DNA of 63,467 nt, counting the filler, from Craspedostauros australis (taxonomy: Eukaryota): the NCBI GenBank assembly GCA_030167865.1. It is 7 parts of 7 records of this genome, joined end to end, with 100 filler letters (N's around TTAATTAATTAA, not from the genome) between each part and the next. Parts side by side here need not be neighbours in the genome. Positions count along the whole stretch, not along the records: positions 1 to 28,478 come from JALAGF010004399.1; 6 more parts are not named here. One strand, given 5' to 3'. Below the pieces are notes generated by a model, which saw only the letters and a list, made by a program, of their open reading frames with translations, was not told the DNA's origin and made no database searches. Shown here in pieces: positions 11,300-21,606 of the stretch. Position 1 is the first letter of the stretch, and each line of letters starts with the position of its first letter. A program made the translations under genes and the position numbers.

Positions 11300-13969
11300 T
11301 TAGGATTCGATGATGTAAAATGCCAACCCTTCCTGAAGTGACCCGAGATCTTCATATCCGTAGCCATAGAGGACATACACATAATCCTCTTCAGTCTGCC
11401 AAGAGCATCCATTGATGCATTCCGCGATCATACAAGTAAGCCGGGTGCATGCATTGCCGCCCAGACCTCGGGGATACTTCATCACCGAAAGGCCAAACAC
11501 GTCCCAGGCGTGCTGTGTGCCAAACGGTGTTTTGAGGGTGAAGAGTTTGCCGGTTCCGTCCACTTCATACCACAGCCCAATCGGAAGCTCGGAATCCGAG
11601 ATTGGCGCGCCGAGTGTATGATAGCATGCAGGAGGAACATCGCTATCAGGGGTCGCCGAAACCAGGAAGATGTCCCCACCCATGGTGCAATCGATGAAGT
11701 CCTCGTTCGGGATGACGTTGTCGCCCGTCACGTTGGGATCATCGGATACGACGAACACGGCGTCATTGATGTCCAGTGCGTTGACGCAGAAATCGCCAGG
11801 AACCACTCCAGTGATTGAGAAGTCGGAGACAGACAACACGAAGTCGCCTGCCTCGCCAGGCTTTCCGTGTACCAGGATGTAGTACATCTGCCCTTCTGTG
11901 GTCATCCAACGAGCTCTACTCTGCTGCGAGCTGCAGCTGTCGTCGTCGCCGACGTGGCACGTCATCAGCTGGGCGCGAGACGACAGCAGGGACTCGAGGC
12001 TGATCTCGCCGTTGCGCCAGCGGTAGTACTCGATGGGATCGTCACTGTGCGTGTCGAACTCAAAGACGGAGATCTGAGTATCCCAATCCGCGCGTCCGCA
12101 TGTGGTGACAGCGATGGCCTCGCCGTTTCCAATGACGCTGTACCATGCGCCTTGCGTGGTCTGGGCTGTGGCCGGCCCGCAGGATGGGGCGAGACTGTCG
12201 TCCATCGTGGCGTTCGTGCTGCTGAATCTTCCTGCAGCAAGTCTTCGGTTGTTCCCACGGAGAATGACCGAGCTGTCACCATCGGGTGGAATCGAGGAGG
12301 CGTCACTCGCGATCGATCCGGGAAGGAGGAGCTCGTTTCCTGTTGGATTGATTGGGCCGTACGCAAACATGGAATTCGAATTCGGCCAGACACTCAGCTC
12401 GAAGGTGTCGGGGCTTCCGCTGCCGTCGCGCAAGACTGCGATGAAGTAGTCGCGCCATGGTTCCGCAATCCAGGAGTGGTGCCGCAAGTCGCGGTCGGTT
12501 ATGATGGAAGAGATGCAAGGCATGTACAAACATTGCATGACATTGTCAGAAGATGGCGGAGCATCGAAGACGTACGCGGAGTAGCCATCCGTCACGTACG
12601 CGGTGACAGGCTGCGTCTTGTCTGATCGAAATCGATACCACAGGCCGAATCCGGACGAGATGTTGTCCGCTTCGCAGACCCGATGGAATATTTCTTCAAG
12701 TTCTCGGTTTGCAGTAGAAGCTATGACTTTGTTGTCGTTCCCAATGCCGATGGGATGCGCTGAGTTGCAGTCACGGTTGTCGCCCAGGGTCGGCGATTGG
12801 GTCGGATTCATTGATGGCGACAGTGTGGGGTTGGTTGATGTGGGCGGTGTGGGGTTGGGTGATGGCGACGGTGTGGGGTTGGTTGATACGGACGGTGAAT
12901 GGGGTGATTCGTCCGTCGAGGGAGGCGTTGTTGGAGCATCCGCGATGTTTGTGGTTCGCACACCGTTGCTACCCGACTTGTCGAATTCGCCGGTCGCTGC
13001 GAGAGCGATCACGACAATCGCAGCAATAGCAACAATGGAACAGCAAACGAATGGAAGAACCATCCGTCGACGTTTCTGCTTCTCCTCCTGCGGAGGCGTT
13101 GTGTCATCGTCTTTGTCGTGAGGACCATGTGAGACAACCTGAGCCTCGGTCGCCTCTAGCAGCATTCTCTGCCTCGTGTCAGATTCAATGCGTCTTCGTT
13201 CTTCTGGGGACACCCCGATTCGGCTGGTTCGTACTAGCTCGGCATGGACGGGCGCTGGTGTATTGTCAGCCACGGGTAACTCTGGAGCAGGGCTAGTGTC
13301 CTCTGTGGGCGGCAGGTCATCCATCTCCGCAGATTCTGACGTTCCCCGAACTGCTGTGCCATGGACTCGGAGAGCACCCGTCAGTGTGGGTGCTTCTTTA
13401 TTCAGCATAGTGTCACTTTTGGCATCGCTGTTGATGCTTGCATTGTCATTGATGCTTGCATTACCGTTGATGCTAGCATTGCTATCGGTGTTCTTATTGC
13501 CACTAATGTTCTTACCGCCATTGATGTTCTTATTGCCACTGCTGTTGCGATTGCCATCGTTGGCACCATTGCCGACACTATTGGCATTGATCTTGCGGCT
13601 GAAGATGGACTGCTGATTGCTCCTCTGGTTGATGGGAACCTGTGCTTGCAGAATAGCGAATTGATGCTTGGACGATCTCGTCGCCCGGCCTCGTCCTTGC
13701 GCTTCGCCGCCCATGGCCTGGTTCCGATCTGCCTCGTTGTCTCCGCTCTCGACTGTCGTCGTCTGGTCCGTTTCCTCATAACGGCTGAGTTCCTCAAATG
13801 CTCCGGGAACGCTTGGCGATTCTACATTTGACTGCGCATCCTTGTCAGCCTGATCGGCTACCAAGGCTGGAGCATCACTGGCGCGTTCGTTGGTGCCGCT
13901 ACGGTTCTCATCTTGGCGAGATCCTGCACCTTCCTGGTCGCCGCTGGAGGCGTCTTCCTTTGATCCCAT
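11300..13969 (-). CDS. Type II membrane surface protein with Pro/Thr stalk and three Cys-containing GxWY beta-domains
   Basis: 889-aa ORF: disordered N-terminus, PGAF and VHAELV motifs, TM (LPFVCCSIVAIAAIVVIALAA), NPTPSP-type repeats, then three repeats of C..A..I / G(L/A)WY / W....Y(Y/F/V). Confidence 0.8.
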   Translation of the reverse strand: MGSKEDASSGDQEGAGSRQDENRSGTNERASDAPALVADQADKDAQSNVESPSVPGAFEELSRYEETDQTTTVESGDNEADRNQAMGGEAQGRGRATRSSKHQFAILQAQVPINQRSNQQSIFSRKINANSVGNGANDGNRNSSGNKNINGGKNISGNKNTDSNASINGNASINDNASINSDAKSDTMLNKEAPTLTGALRVHGTAVRGTSESAEMDDLPPTEDTSPAPELPVADNTPAPVHAELVRTSRIGVSPEERRRIESDTRQRMLLEATEAQVVSHGPHDKDDDTTPPQEEKQKRRRMVLPFVCCSIVAIAAIVVIALAATGEFDKSGSNGVRTTNIADAPTTPPSTDESPHSPSVSTNPTPSPSPNPTPPTSTNPTLSPSMNPTQSPTLGDNRDCNSAHPIGIGNDNKVIASTANRELEEIFHRVCEADNISSGFGLWYRFRSDKTQPVTAYVTDGYSAYVFDAPPSSDNVMQCLYMPCISSIITDRDLRHHSWIAEPWRDYFIAVLRDGSGSPDTFELSVWPNSNSMFAYGPINPTGNELLLPGSIASDASSIPPDGDSSVILRGNNRRLAAGRFSSTNATMDDSLAPSCGPATAQTTQGAWYSVIGNGEAIAVTTCGRADWDTQISVFEFDTHSDDPIEYYRWRNGEISLESLLSSRAQLMTCHVGDDDSCSSQQSRARWMTTEGQMYYILVHGKPGEAGDFVLSVSDFSITGVVPGDFCVNALDINDAVFVVSDDPNVTGDNVIPNEDFIDCTMGGDIFLVSATPDSDVPPACYHTLGAPISDSELPIGLWYEVDGTGKLFTLKTPFGTQHAWDVFGLSVMKYPRGLGGNACTRLTCMIAECINGCSWQTEEDYVYVLYGYGYEDLGSLQEGLAFYIIES

Positions 13970-14735
13970 CGTGGACGGCAGTGATGCAAGAGAGGAATTC
14001 GATATCCGGCTGACCTGCGCTTTGCTTGGCTTCCAAGGAGCTCGCAGAGTTTGTGATCAGTTGGTGGTCCCGAGGTGAGCAAGATTGTTGCCATTCAGCC
14101 GTTCGGATGGGAGATGTTATGTTTGCTGGGCCTTGTGCGCAATGGCAGTGGCGACAGCATCGTCCCCCTCCATCTCCGCCTTCACAGCGAGAACAAGCCG
14201 GTTTGGTGGTGGCGATGCTGTTGTTGGTGAAGTTGCTTGATGGCTTGCTTCGCAGATCGCATGGCGCCTCCAGTTGTTGACACCTGCAACGAACAGAACA
14301 CACAACAAGGAATCGCTCTTGTCGAAATCTTAATCACTCCTGAAAGCAGTCACTAAAACAAGATCACGTTTGCTACATCCGGGTGCCCGCAGTCTTCAGG
14401 GAAGAAGCGAGAGGGGTGCAATCTCAAGAACTTCATACGGGTTGGGTTCAATAGCAACAGAGAAGGTATTATATTTGGTACGCGTATGGTAGAGTTATCT
14501 CTCTCTCTACTTGTACCGATCTTATTTTCTGGCAATGTTAAAGCAGAAAGGCAGTCAAGTCTCTTGTTGAAGTTTGTGGCTGGTCCCCTGCAACCAGCAC
14601 TTTGTCATGAGTATGCAACTGTGGAACAGTTGTACTCGTGGAGCGTTTGTGGAGTAGGCCCAACATGTCAGATTCTGCTGCAAGTCCTGCCACGTATAAT
14701 ACTAATCTATTACACTTACATAGAGAGGTACGACT

Positions 14736-16058
14736 CTACTCCAGAATCTCGCTCTTCCATTGCTGCAGAAGGTCGATGTTGACGCCGCTGCCACCGCAAA
14801 CCTCAATGACGATGGCCTTGCCTTTTGGAATATCCTTGAGATGCTTCTGACGCAGTGCCTCATCGTAGACAACGGCCAGCGCCGCACCGCAGGCGGGTTC
14901 CACTAACATGCGGTATTCATCCGCGAATTCCATGCAAGCACTGACTGCGCTTGCATCATCCATCGTGGCAGACTCCAAGATGCCGCCTGCTGCAACATGT
15001 GATTGCCCTCGCTCAATCACGGCTGGCGTCACGCACGTGGCTCCCAGCGACGTCGCAACCGAAGCGATGCCCGGCAGCGTGACCATGGCCAGCGCCTCTT
15101 GTTCGAGCGACGCGTCCCACGACGCCGCGAAGCTCGCAGCACCCTTGGTTTCGGCAGCGACGACGGTGACGCCGTCCTGATTCTGCGTGCGTGCGAGACC
15201 TTCCAGAACGCCGCACAGCAACCCGCCACCGCCCACGCTGACGACGATGGCACCGAGCTCCTTGCCTTCGAGATCCTCGATAATCTCATCCACCACGCTG
15301 GAATGCCCCGTCCACAGCAGCGCGTCGTCGAAGGGATTCACGTAGGCCGCGCAATCGCCATTGGCGCCCGCCGCACGTTTGCGCGCCACGGCATCGGCCG
15401 CATTCCAATTCTCGCCCTGCACCGTGACGCTGGCTCCGAGGTCCTTGAGCTTTTGCACGACGAGCGGTTTGGTGGTTTCGGGGACGATGACGTCCACCGA
15501 CAAGTCGATATCCTGCGCGAACGGTCCCGCCGCGCTTGCCGCGACCGTGGTGACGGCCAAACCCGCGTTGCCGCCGGAGCTGGAGATGAACTTGGAAACG
15601 CCCTGCGTTTGCTGCATCGATGTGCAGAGATGCGCCATGCCGCGGTCCTTGAAGCTGCCCGAGGGTTGCAGGAGATCGAGCTTGAGGTAGACTGGGTTGG
15701 ATGCCAGCTGGGAGAGCGTGGGCGAGTACACGAGGGGCGTCTTGCGGATCCAGCTGCGTGCCAATGGCGTGATGGGCGCCTCAGTCTTGCTGGATGCGAC
15801 GTTCTCAGATGTGGAGGCGGAGGCAAGCGCAGACGTGGACTTTGGCACTGGGACGGTGAACGATGGATCCCGCTGCTGAAGGTGCCTGCTGACGCGTGGA
15901 GAGGCAGGCCTGCCGGACATGAACGCCATGGAACACGCTGAGGATGCCAGCTTTGATCCATGCCGGTTGAACGGAGATCTCGCAGCGCCTGCCATGCGTG
16001 GCAGAGTGAACATCGCGGTTGTCATCATCATCATCATCATTGCTGCGGTGGCTATCAT
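14736..16058 (-). CDS. SDS: L-serine/L-threonine dehydratase (PLP fold type II) with probable organellar presequence; start uncertain (frame open to 16469)
   Basis: KTPL, YLKLDLLQPSGSFKDRG (PLP Lys), SSGGNAG, NPFDD..LWTGH, SVGGGGL, MLVEPACGAALA and EVCGGS. Confidence 0.92.
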   Translation of the reverse strand: MIATAAMMMMMMTTAMFTLPRMAGAARSPFNRHGSKLASSACSMAFMSGRPASPRVSRHLQQRDPSFTVPVPKSTSALASASTSENVASSKTEAPITPLARSWIRKTPLVYSPTLSQLASNPVYLKLDLLQPSGSFKDRGMAHLCTSMQQTQGVSKFISSSGGNAGLAVTTVAASAAGPFAQDIDLSVDVIVPETTKPLVVQKLKDLGASVTVQGENWNAADAVARKRAAGANGDCAAYVNPFDDALLWTGHSSVVDEIIEDLEGKELGAIVVSVGGGGLLCGVLEGLARTQNQDGVTVVAAETKGAASFAASWDASLEQEALAMVTLPGIASVATSLGATCVTPAVIERGQSHVAAGGILESATMDDASAVSACMEFADEYRMLVEPACGAALAVVYDEALRQKHLKDIPKGKAIVIEVCGGSGVNIDLLQQWKSEILE

Positions 16059-17219
16059 CGATGTTGCGAATGATGTCGTGAAGCGCGCTCTCGATCGAAC
16101 GGTCTTGCCGCAATTGCGATCCATGACTCTGAGATCTTTGCGTCCGATGGAATTGGATTCAGCCGTGCTCTCTGCGACGCTTGCTGCGCTGGATATGGTT
16201 TGGATCTCAAGGGAGATGGAGGCACCACGATGGACCAGTGGATTGTGCGTAGTGCTAGCTACGCCTTCTTGCGCTTCGTTCTTCAGCCGAAGATGGACTG
16301 TTGGTTTGTGGGCGTTATGAGACATGTTTGTGGGCGCTTGGAAGATCGGTGTTGGGAAACGCTGTGCGAGATTCTGGTTGGCATCACTCGTATCTTTTGT
16401 TCCGTTGCCGATTTCGTTCTCTTGTGTTGGTGGCAACCATCGAATCGTTGGACTAAGATTCTCAATCAATGGAGGACCGCTCCGAGTACTTCAAAAGGAC
16501 CAACGGAATTGTGACTGCCGACTCTTGGAATGGAAAATGGCTCGTGACTCGGAGTCATTATTCTGGGTCTTGGTAGGTCGTCGTAGATTGAGTACTGTGT
16601 CGCTCACTCTGCAAAAGGACCAGTTTTCGCTTTTGGTGTTACTTTTTCTTGTTGTTCTTGTGTTGGTGGGAGGAACCGGAGTGTTCGTTGCCAACAAGAG
16701 AGAGCGACAACAACAACAACACGAAGAGAGCGGTTCCGTTGCACGGATACCAACAAGAAGAAACGGAAACAAGAACGGTTGTGGACAAACAGAATCGAAA
16801 CAGCCATCAACCAAGAGACCGGCAGAGTTGACGGCATCACATACACACCGACAATCGTCATCAACCGAGAGAAGGGAGTTCAAGATGGTGCGTTGAGATC
16901 TTGGTTGGATGCTTGCGCGGGACGGAGATGAGCTGCCTTGTCGTGGGAAGTCAGCGGCCGAACGGGAACAAGATCGCGAAGTCTTTCTTGGAAGAAAAGC
17001 CCGCGCAGAAGCGACATCCAGCGAAGCGATAGTGTCGGGCATGATCGTGGACCATGGCGATCTCTCGGCTGAAGCGAAGACAGAGAGACGATTGGCGTGT
17101 ATCGCGCTGCTCTGCCCCGCGTTGGCTGCTTTCTGACCCGTCTCTCACATGCTTTGCCCGCCAACTGATCATCCTGTATTCTGCCCCAACGATGCCATTC
17201 GCAACAGCCGACCCGATGC

Positions 17220-18730
17220 ATGGCAGGATTGCCGCAAACGCGGGAGCTGATCGGATTGAAGGTCCCGTTCGGAGCGTGGGAACCGGACACGCTGATCACG
17301 GACACGTTCGGCAACCCCATGTTCTCCGTGCTCGATGTGCAGCACAACTCCATGGGAGCCTTCGAGGCCATCTTCGGTGACGAAAATGGTCACAAGCTGT
17401 GCTACGTCAAAAGGCGGCTCATCACCACCTACCACAAGGATGGCTGGGACTTCTGCACCTACAAGCCGAACTTTCCTGGTCAGCCAAAGTACAAGGAGCG
17501 TGACATGTACGGAAGTAAGTTGAATCGATGTATTGTACATGATGTACTCCGTGGCATTGGAATGGTGCTTCGAGTCTCAATACCCATGCCTAACATCTCT
17601 CAACCTTGCATCTCTCTCTCCCTTGCCTCCTTTTCTCTCCGCTTCTTTGTGAACCCACAATTTGTGCCGTTTGTACCTTTCGTGCATCACACATTGTACA
17701 TCACACATTGTACATCACACATTGGATACTACACTTTGCAGAGTCCATCTTCCCATTCTCCTTCCTCTCGATCCGCCCGTTGAAGTGCAGGTACCAATAT
17801 TCCGTGCACAAGGAAGATCTTGACGGCATGGAGACCGTCCTACAGGCCATGCACGGTTGGTTGGGCAGCATGACGGTGTGCTGCACGCCGATGGTCCGCT
17901 TCGGAAAGTGGCAGATCGACTTCCACCGAGAAAGCGCGGGCGACCCAGAGCTCAACATCGACCAGTCCAAGAACCTGCTTGAGGTGGAGCGCGGCAACGA
18001 CCTGCTGGCGGCGCTGTGCATCGCCTACGCATTCGACAAGGCGCTGTGCCAACCCCTCGTCACCATCATCGGATACCAGGAGAAGGAGCACATGGACGAC
18101 GACGATGATTCCTTGGATTCCATGGACCCATCGCTGCAGCCGGGCATCAACCAGGGCATGCCCGATCGGCGTGCCGTCCCCATGCAGCGTGGCATCGATC
18201 GAGGAGATGGTGGAGCTGATGGATCCATGTATAACACAGACGGAGCCTCGCTGTACGGCAGGGACGATCTGGGCAGCGCTGGATACATCACGAACGGCAA
18301 CGACGGCGACCAGAGCCAGTACGAGAACGGCAGCGCATACGGTGGCAGCGGCGAGCCGTCCGCATACCTCGAGAACGGCGACGCCAGTTTCTACGGCGAT
18401 GGACAGTCGCAGCAGCCGGACAGCTATTACAGCGACGGTCAATCCCAGCAGCCCGATAGCTACTACAGCAATGGTGACGGCTCTCAGCAACAGCCGGACA
18501 GCTACTACAGCGAGGGCGGATACTCCCAGCAGGAACCGGATAGTTATTACAGCAACGGCGATCAGTCGCAGCAGGACGGCAGCTACTACGGTGATGAGCA
18601 GAACACCGCTGCGGGCGAATCGTACTACGACCAATCCTACGCCGGCGAAGCCCAGGACAGCTACTACGGCGACGATGCCACCTACAACACCGAGGCTGAT
18701 CCCAGCCAGCCAGGTGGAGTGATGTCGTAA
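17220..18730 (+). CDS. Tubby-C/LURP-one (scramblase-like) domain protein with Tyr/Ser/Gln/Asp-rich repeat tail; exons 17220-17514 and 17742-18730
   Basis: The intron 17515-17741 (A|GTAAGT ... TTGCAG|AG) joins YG-K-SIFPFSF in frame. Predicted beta-rich domain ends in a hydrophobic helix (GNDLLAALCIAYAFD), the tubby/LURP pattern. Tail has QQPDSYYS repeats. Fold call is inference. Confidence 0.7.
17685..17724. repeat. 14-bp tandem repeat (CATCACACATTGTA), about 3 copies, intronic
   Basis: catcacacattgta catcacacattgta catcacacattg read directly. Confidence 0.85.
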
Positions 18731-19193
18731 GGAGTCCAGCTGGTGGATGGGCGTCGCCCTCGAGAGTTTGTCATTGCATATTCGCGGAGTCCGAGTACAG
18801 GTATCGCAGAGCACATATTTGTAGGTATTCCATTATTCAGTACATTACCGTCAAGTGCTCTGAAAGAAAGCGTGAGATCGATGATTGCGTGCTACGTGAA
18901 CGACTGGCTGGCTGCTTGAACACTGGAAGATGTGCAATGCGGAAGCGATCAAGGCAATGGGCGGATGCAACGCACACCTTGTTCCAATCGCTGCAAACGG
19001 ACCATAGTGGGAGTATTAAGAATAAAATGCAAAGCCGGCTAATGCTTCTTAAGCACATACTGTCCTTGTGTTGGAATCATACAATCTGAATGAAGCCCTT
19101 GTGGTTGTGAACGAAGCGGTTGTTGAGGGGATAGAGTACCGCAGTTAACATTGACATGCAGATGATCGCTTCGAGATTCTGTCATGAGACTGT

Positions 19194-19859
19194 TCACAGA
19201 ACGGTCGCCACAAGCATCCATGCAAATCCAAGGAAACTGACGCCCTCGCCGACGGCCGCGCTGCGATCAGCATCCTCACTTTCCGACTCCGCGCCCAACG
19301 ACCCATCCACATCGGTGCTCGCGATACACTCCCCCTTGCAGTTGACGCCGACGCAGCTGCCTTGCGCGACGTTGCGACAGTCGTAGGCCAACGCATTGTC
19401 CTTGCAGAAGGCGCATTTGAAGCACGTGTCCGTGTTGGGCGCATCCTCGAGCTGTCCCACACCGATGGTGCATTCGCAGTCGGCGTAATTCTGCAAGGCC
19501 GGATCGAATTGGGGGCATGCGAGGACGAGGAAGGTGTCCTGTCGCGGCGTGTTGGGGATGGTGCAGTACCGGTTGTCGGTGCCTGTCGACGTGTCGGTGT
19601 AGCAGTTAGCGGAGCTGATGGTGCTGTCCTGCAGGTTGCGGCGCAACGTGGTTGGTTCCCACGTCATGGGCTCCTCCAAGCGCAGCTTGTGCTGTGGCTG
19701 CGTCTCCTCTTGCTGCTGCACTTGCTGTTGCACTTGGTGCTGCATCTCTGCAGTTCGCAGCGGCTCATCGCCGAGTCCATTGTCGGCCAACGCGAGCGCA
19801 GGGCTCAGATGGAAGAAGAGGAGGGAGATGGTGGCGATGACGGAGATCTGTTGCTTCAT
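19194..19859 (-). CDS. Secreted, probably GPI-anchored Cys-rich protein with RxL pro-peptide motif
   Basis: Signal peptide MKQQISVIATISLLFFHLSPALALA, Gln-rich pro-region ending RRNLQ, a 12-Cys domain (CFKCAFC..AYDCRN..GSCVGVNCKGEC) and a C-terminal small-residue site plus hydrophobic tail. Confidence 0.8.
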   Translation of the reverse strand: MKQQISVIATISLLFFHLSPALALADNGLGDEPLRTAEMQHQVQQQVQQQEETQPQHKLRLEEPMTWEPTTLRRNLQDSTISSANCYTDTSTGTDNRYCTIPNTPRQDTFLVLACPQFDPALQNYADCECTIGVGQLEDAPNTDTCFKCAFCKDNALAYDCRNVAQGSCVGVNCKGECIASTDVDGSLGAESESEDADRSAAVGEGVSFLGFAWMLVATVL

Positions 19860-20655
19860 CTTCAAAGCAGTCTTCAACAAGCAGTCTTCAAACGAGTAAT
19901 GCTCGGGAGTGGTCGTGGAGTAGATCGTACTGGTATCTTGGCTGGGCTTGGAGGCTTTGTTTGATTCTTCTGGATCGTGGATTGTTGCGGAATAGAGTTA
20001 CGGATGATGTTGTACGTAGAGAGTGTTGGTGGTATGGAGTGAGCTGTGATCGTCTTACAATGATGATGATGATAATGATGATGCTCTTCTTGCTTCTGCT
20101 CCTTTCTTGTGAGGAATGGCTTTCTTGTTTGCCTTGTTCTGGTGGGTGCCGTTGTTCGTCTCTCCAATTGTCACGAAGACAGCGGTTTGGGGTGAAGAAG
20201 GCAATGCGGTTTTGTATGTGCTCACAAATTTGAGAAACCGCGATCGGCACAACGTTACCGTCAGACGTTAACAAGTGCGCGAAGACAGGAGACTAATAAT
20301 TTCGGAGCAAGAGCTGCGCCGTGCTGACACAGGCTCATTTTCATGATGCTGAAAGTGCTCAATTTCGGAGCATGAGCTGAAGAGATTGGTGAGAAGTATT
20401 CAGTTATTCACATTAATTCAGGTATGATATATGAGTTGCGTTCTTTGACGTGGTGATGTGCGCATTGAACAACAAGAAAGATCTTGTCTCGTTGTTCATT
20501 GGATAAACCACCACGCCAAGCAGACAATTCGACAATTTGGGGATTCAATCCCTCATAGGGAAACGTTCGGAGAGTGTGCATCTATTCTGGTCGTCTCTGG
20601 AGCTGATGCCGTTTCATCTCCGTGCTCGTTCCGGCGGTTAGATTTCAACGGTAAA

Positions 20656-21606
20656 TCATGCGGAGCTAGGAGCCTTGGTGAGCTTGGAGCTGTCGGACTT
20701 GACCTTTGGCATCTTCGTTTCCTTTGGCGCCTTGGTCTTGGGTGCCTTCGTCGCATCAGGGGACTTTGTGGTATCTGGTGCCTTGGTTGCGCTTGGCGCC
20801 TTGGTCATCGACGGTGACTTTGTTGCGTCTGGAGCCTTGGTTGCGCTTGGCGACTTGGTCATCGACGGTGACTTCGTTGCGTCTGGAGCCTTGGTTGCAC
20901 TTGGCGACTTGGTCATCGACGGTGACTTCGTGGCATCTGGAGCCTTGGTTGCGCTTGGTGACTTGGTCATGCTTGGCGATTTCGTGGCATCTGGTGCCTT
21001 GGTTGCACTTGGCGACTTGGTCATGCTTGGCGATTTGCTTGCCTTTGGAGCCTTGGTTGAAGCGGAGCTGGCGAGGGCGGCTGCAGCTGCGGCGGCATCA
21101 GATGGAGACTTGGTTTCCTTTGGAGATTTGGTCTTTGGTGTCTTGGTACCATCTGGCGCCTTACTCTCCTTAGGAGCCTTCGTCTTTGGAGCCTTCGTCG
21201 CGTCTGGTGCCTTTGTGGCATCTGGAGCCTTGGTTGCGCTTGGCGACTTGGTCATTGAAGGCGATTTCGTGGCATCTGGTGCCTTGGTTGCACTTGGCGA
21301 CTTGGTCATCGACGGTGATTTCGTGGCATCTGGAGCCTTGGTTGCGCTTGGCGACTTAGTCATGCCTGGTGCCTTGGTTGCACTGGGAGCCTTCGATGCA
21401 TCCGGTGACTTGGTCTTTGGCTCTTTCGTTTCCTTTGGAGACTTGGTCTTTGGTGCTTTTGTTTCCTTCGGCGACTTGGTCTTGGGTTCCTTCGTCGCGT
21501 CCGGTGCCTTGGTCATGCTTGGAGACTTGGTCTGCAGACGACGGGATTCCGCGTCGGTGGATGCCATGATGGCAAGGAAAGCAAGGACGGCGACGGAGAA
21601 CTTCAT
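20656..21606 (-). CDS. Silaffin-like secreted Lys/Thr/Ser/Pro repeat protein (316 aa)
   Basis: Signal peptide MKFSVAVLAFLAIMASTDA, then ESRRLQ, then about 46 (T/S)KxP units including about 13 KxPK tetrapeptides. No aromatic residues or Cys in the mature region. Confidence 0.85.
   Translation of the reverse strand: MKFSVAVLAFLAIMASTDAESRRLQTKSPSMTKAPDATKEPKTKSPKETKAPKTKSPKETKEPKTKSPDASKAPSATKAPGMTKSPSATKAPDATKSPSMTKSPSATKAPDATKSPSMTKSPSATKAPDATKAPDATKAPKTKAPKESKAPDGTKTPKTKSPKETKSPSDAAAAAAALASSASTKAPKASKSPSMTKSPSATKAPDATKSPSMTKSPSATKAPDATKSPSMTKSPSATKAPDATKSPSMTKSPSATKAPDATKSPSMTKAPSATKAPDTTKSPDATKAPKTKAPKETKMPKVKSDSSKLTKAPSSA
20700..21531. repeat. Coding tandem repeat: 18-bp unit with 54-bp higher-order period (TKSPSM-TKSPSA-TKAPDA)
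   Basis: Repeated gcatctggagccttggttgcgcttggcgacttggtcatcgacggtgacttcgt-like blocks. Confidence 0.9.

Noticed and set aside
16059..16469. N-terminal 137 aa of the 577-aa serine dehydratase ORF as a fused domain
   Set aside because: TTG start and low-information sequence. More likely 5' UTR or presequence upstream of the Met cluster at about 16058-16023.
20700..21531. Regular repeats as a CRISPR array
   Set aside because: Tandem coding repeats with synonymous variation, no unique spacers, no cas genes, eukaryotic context.
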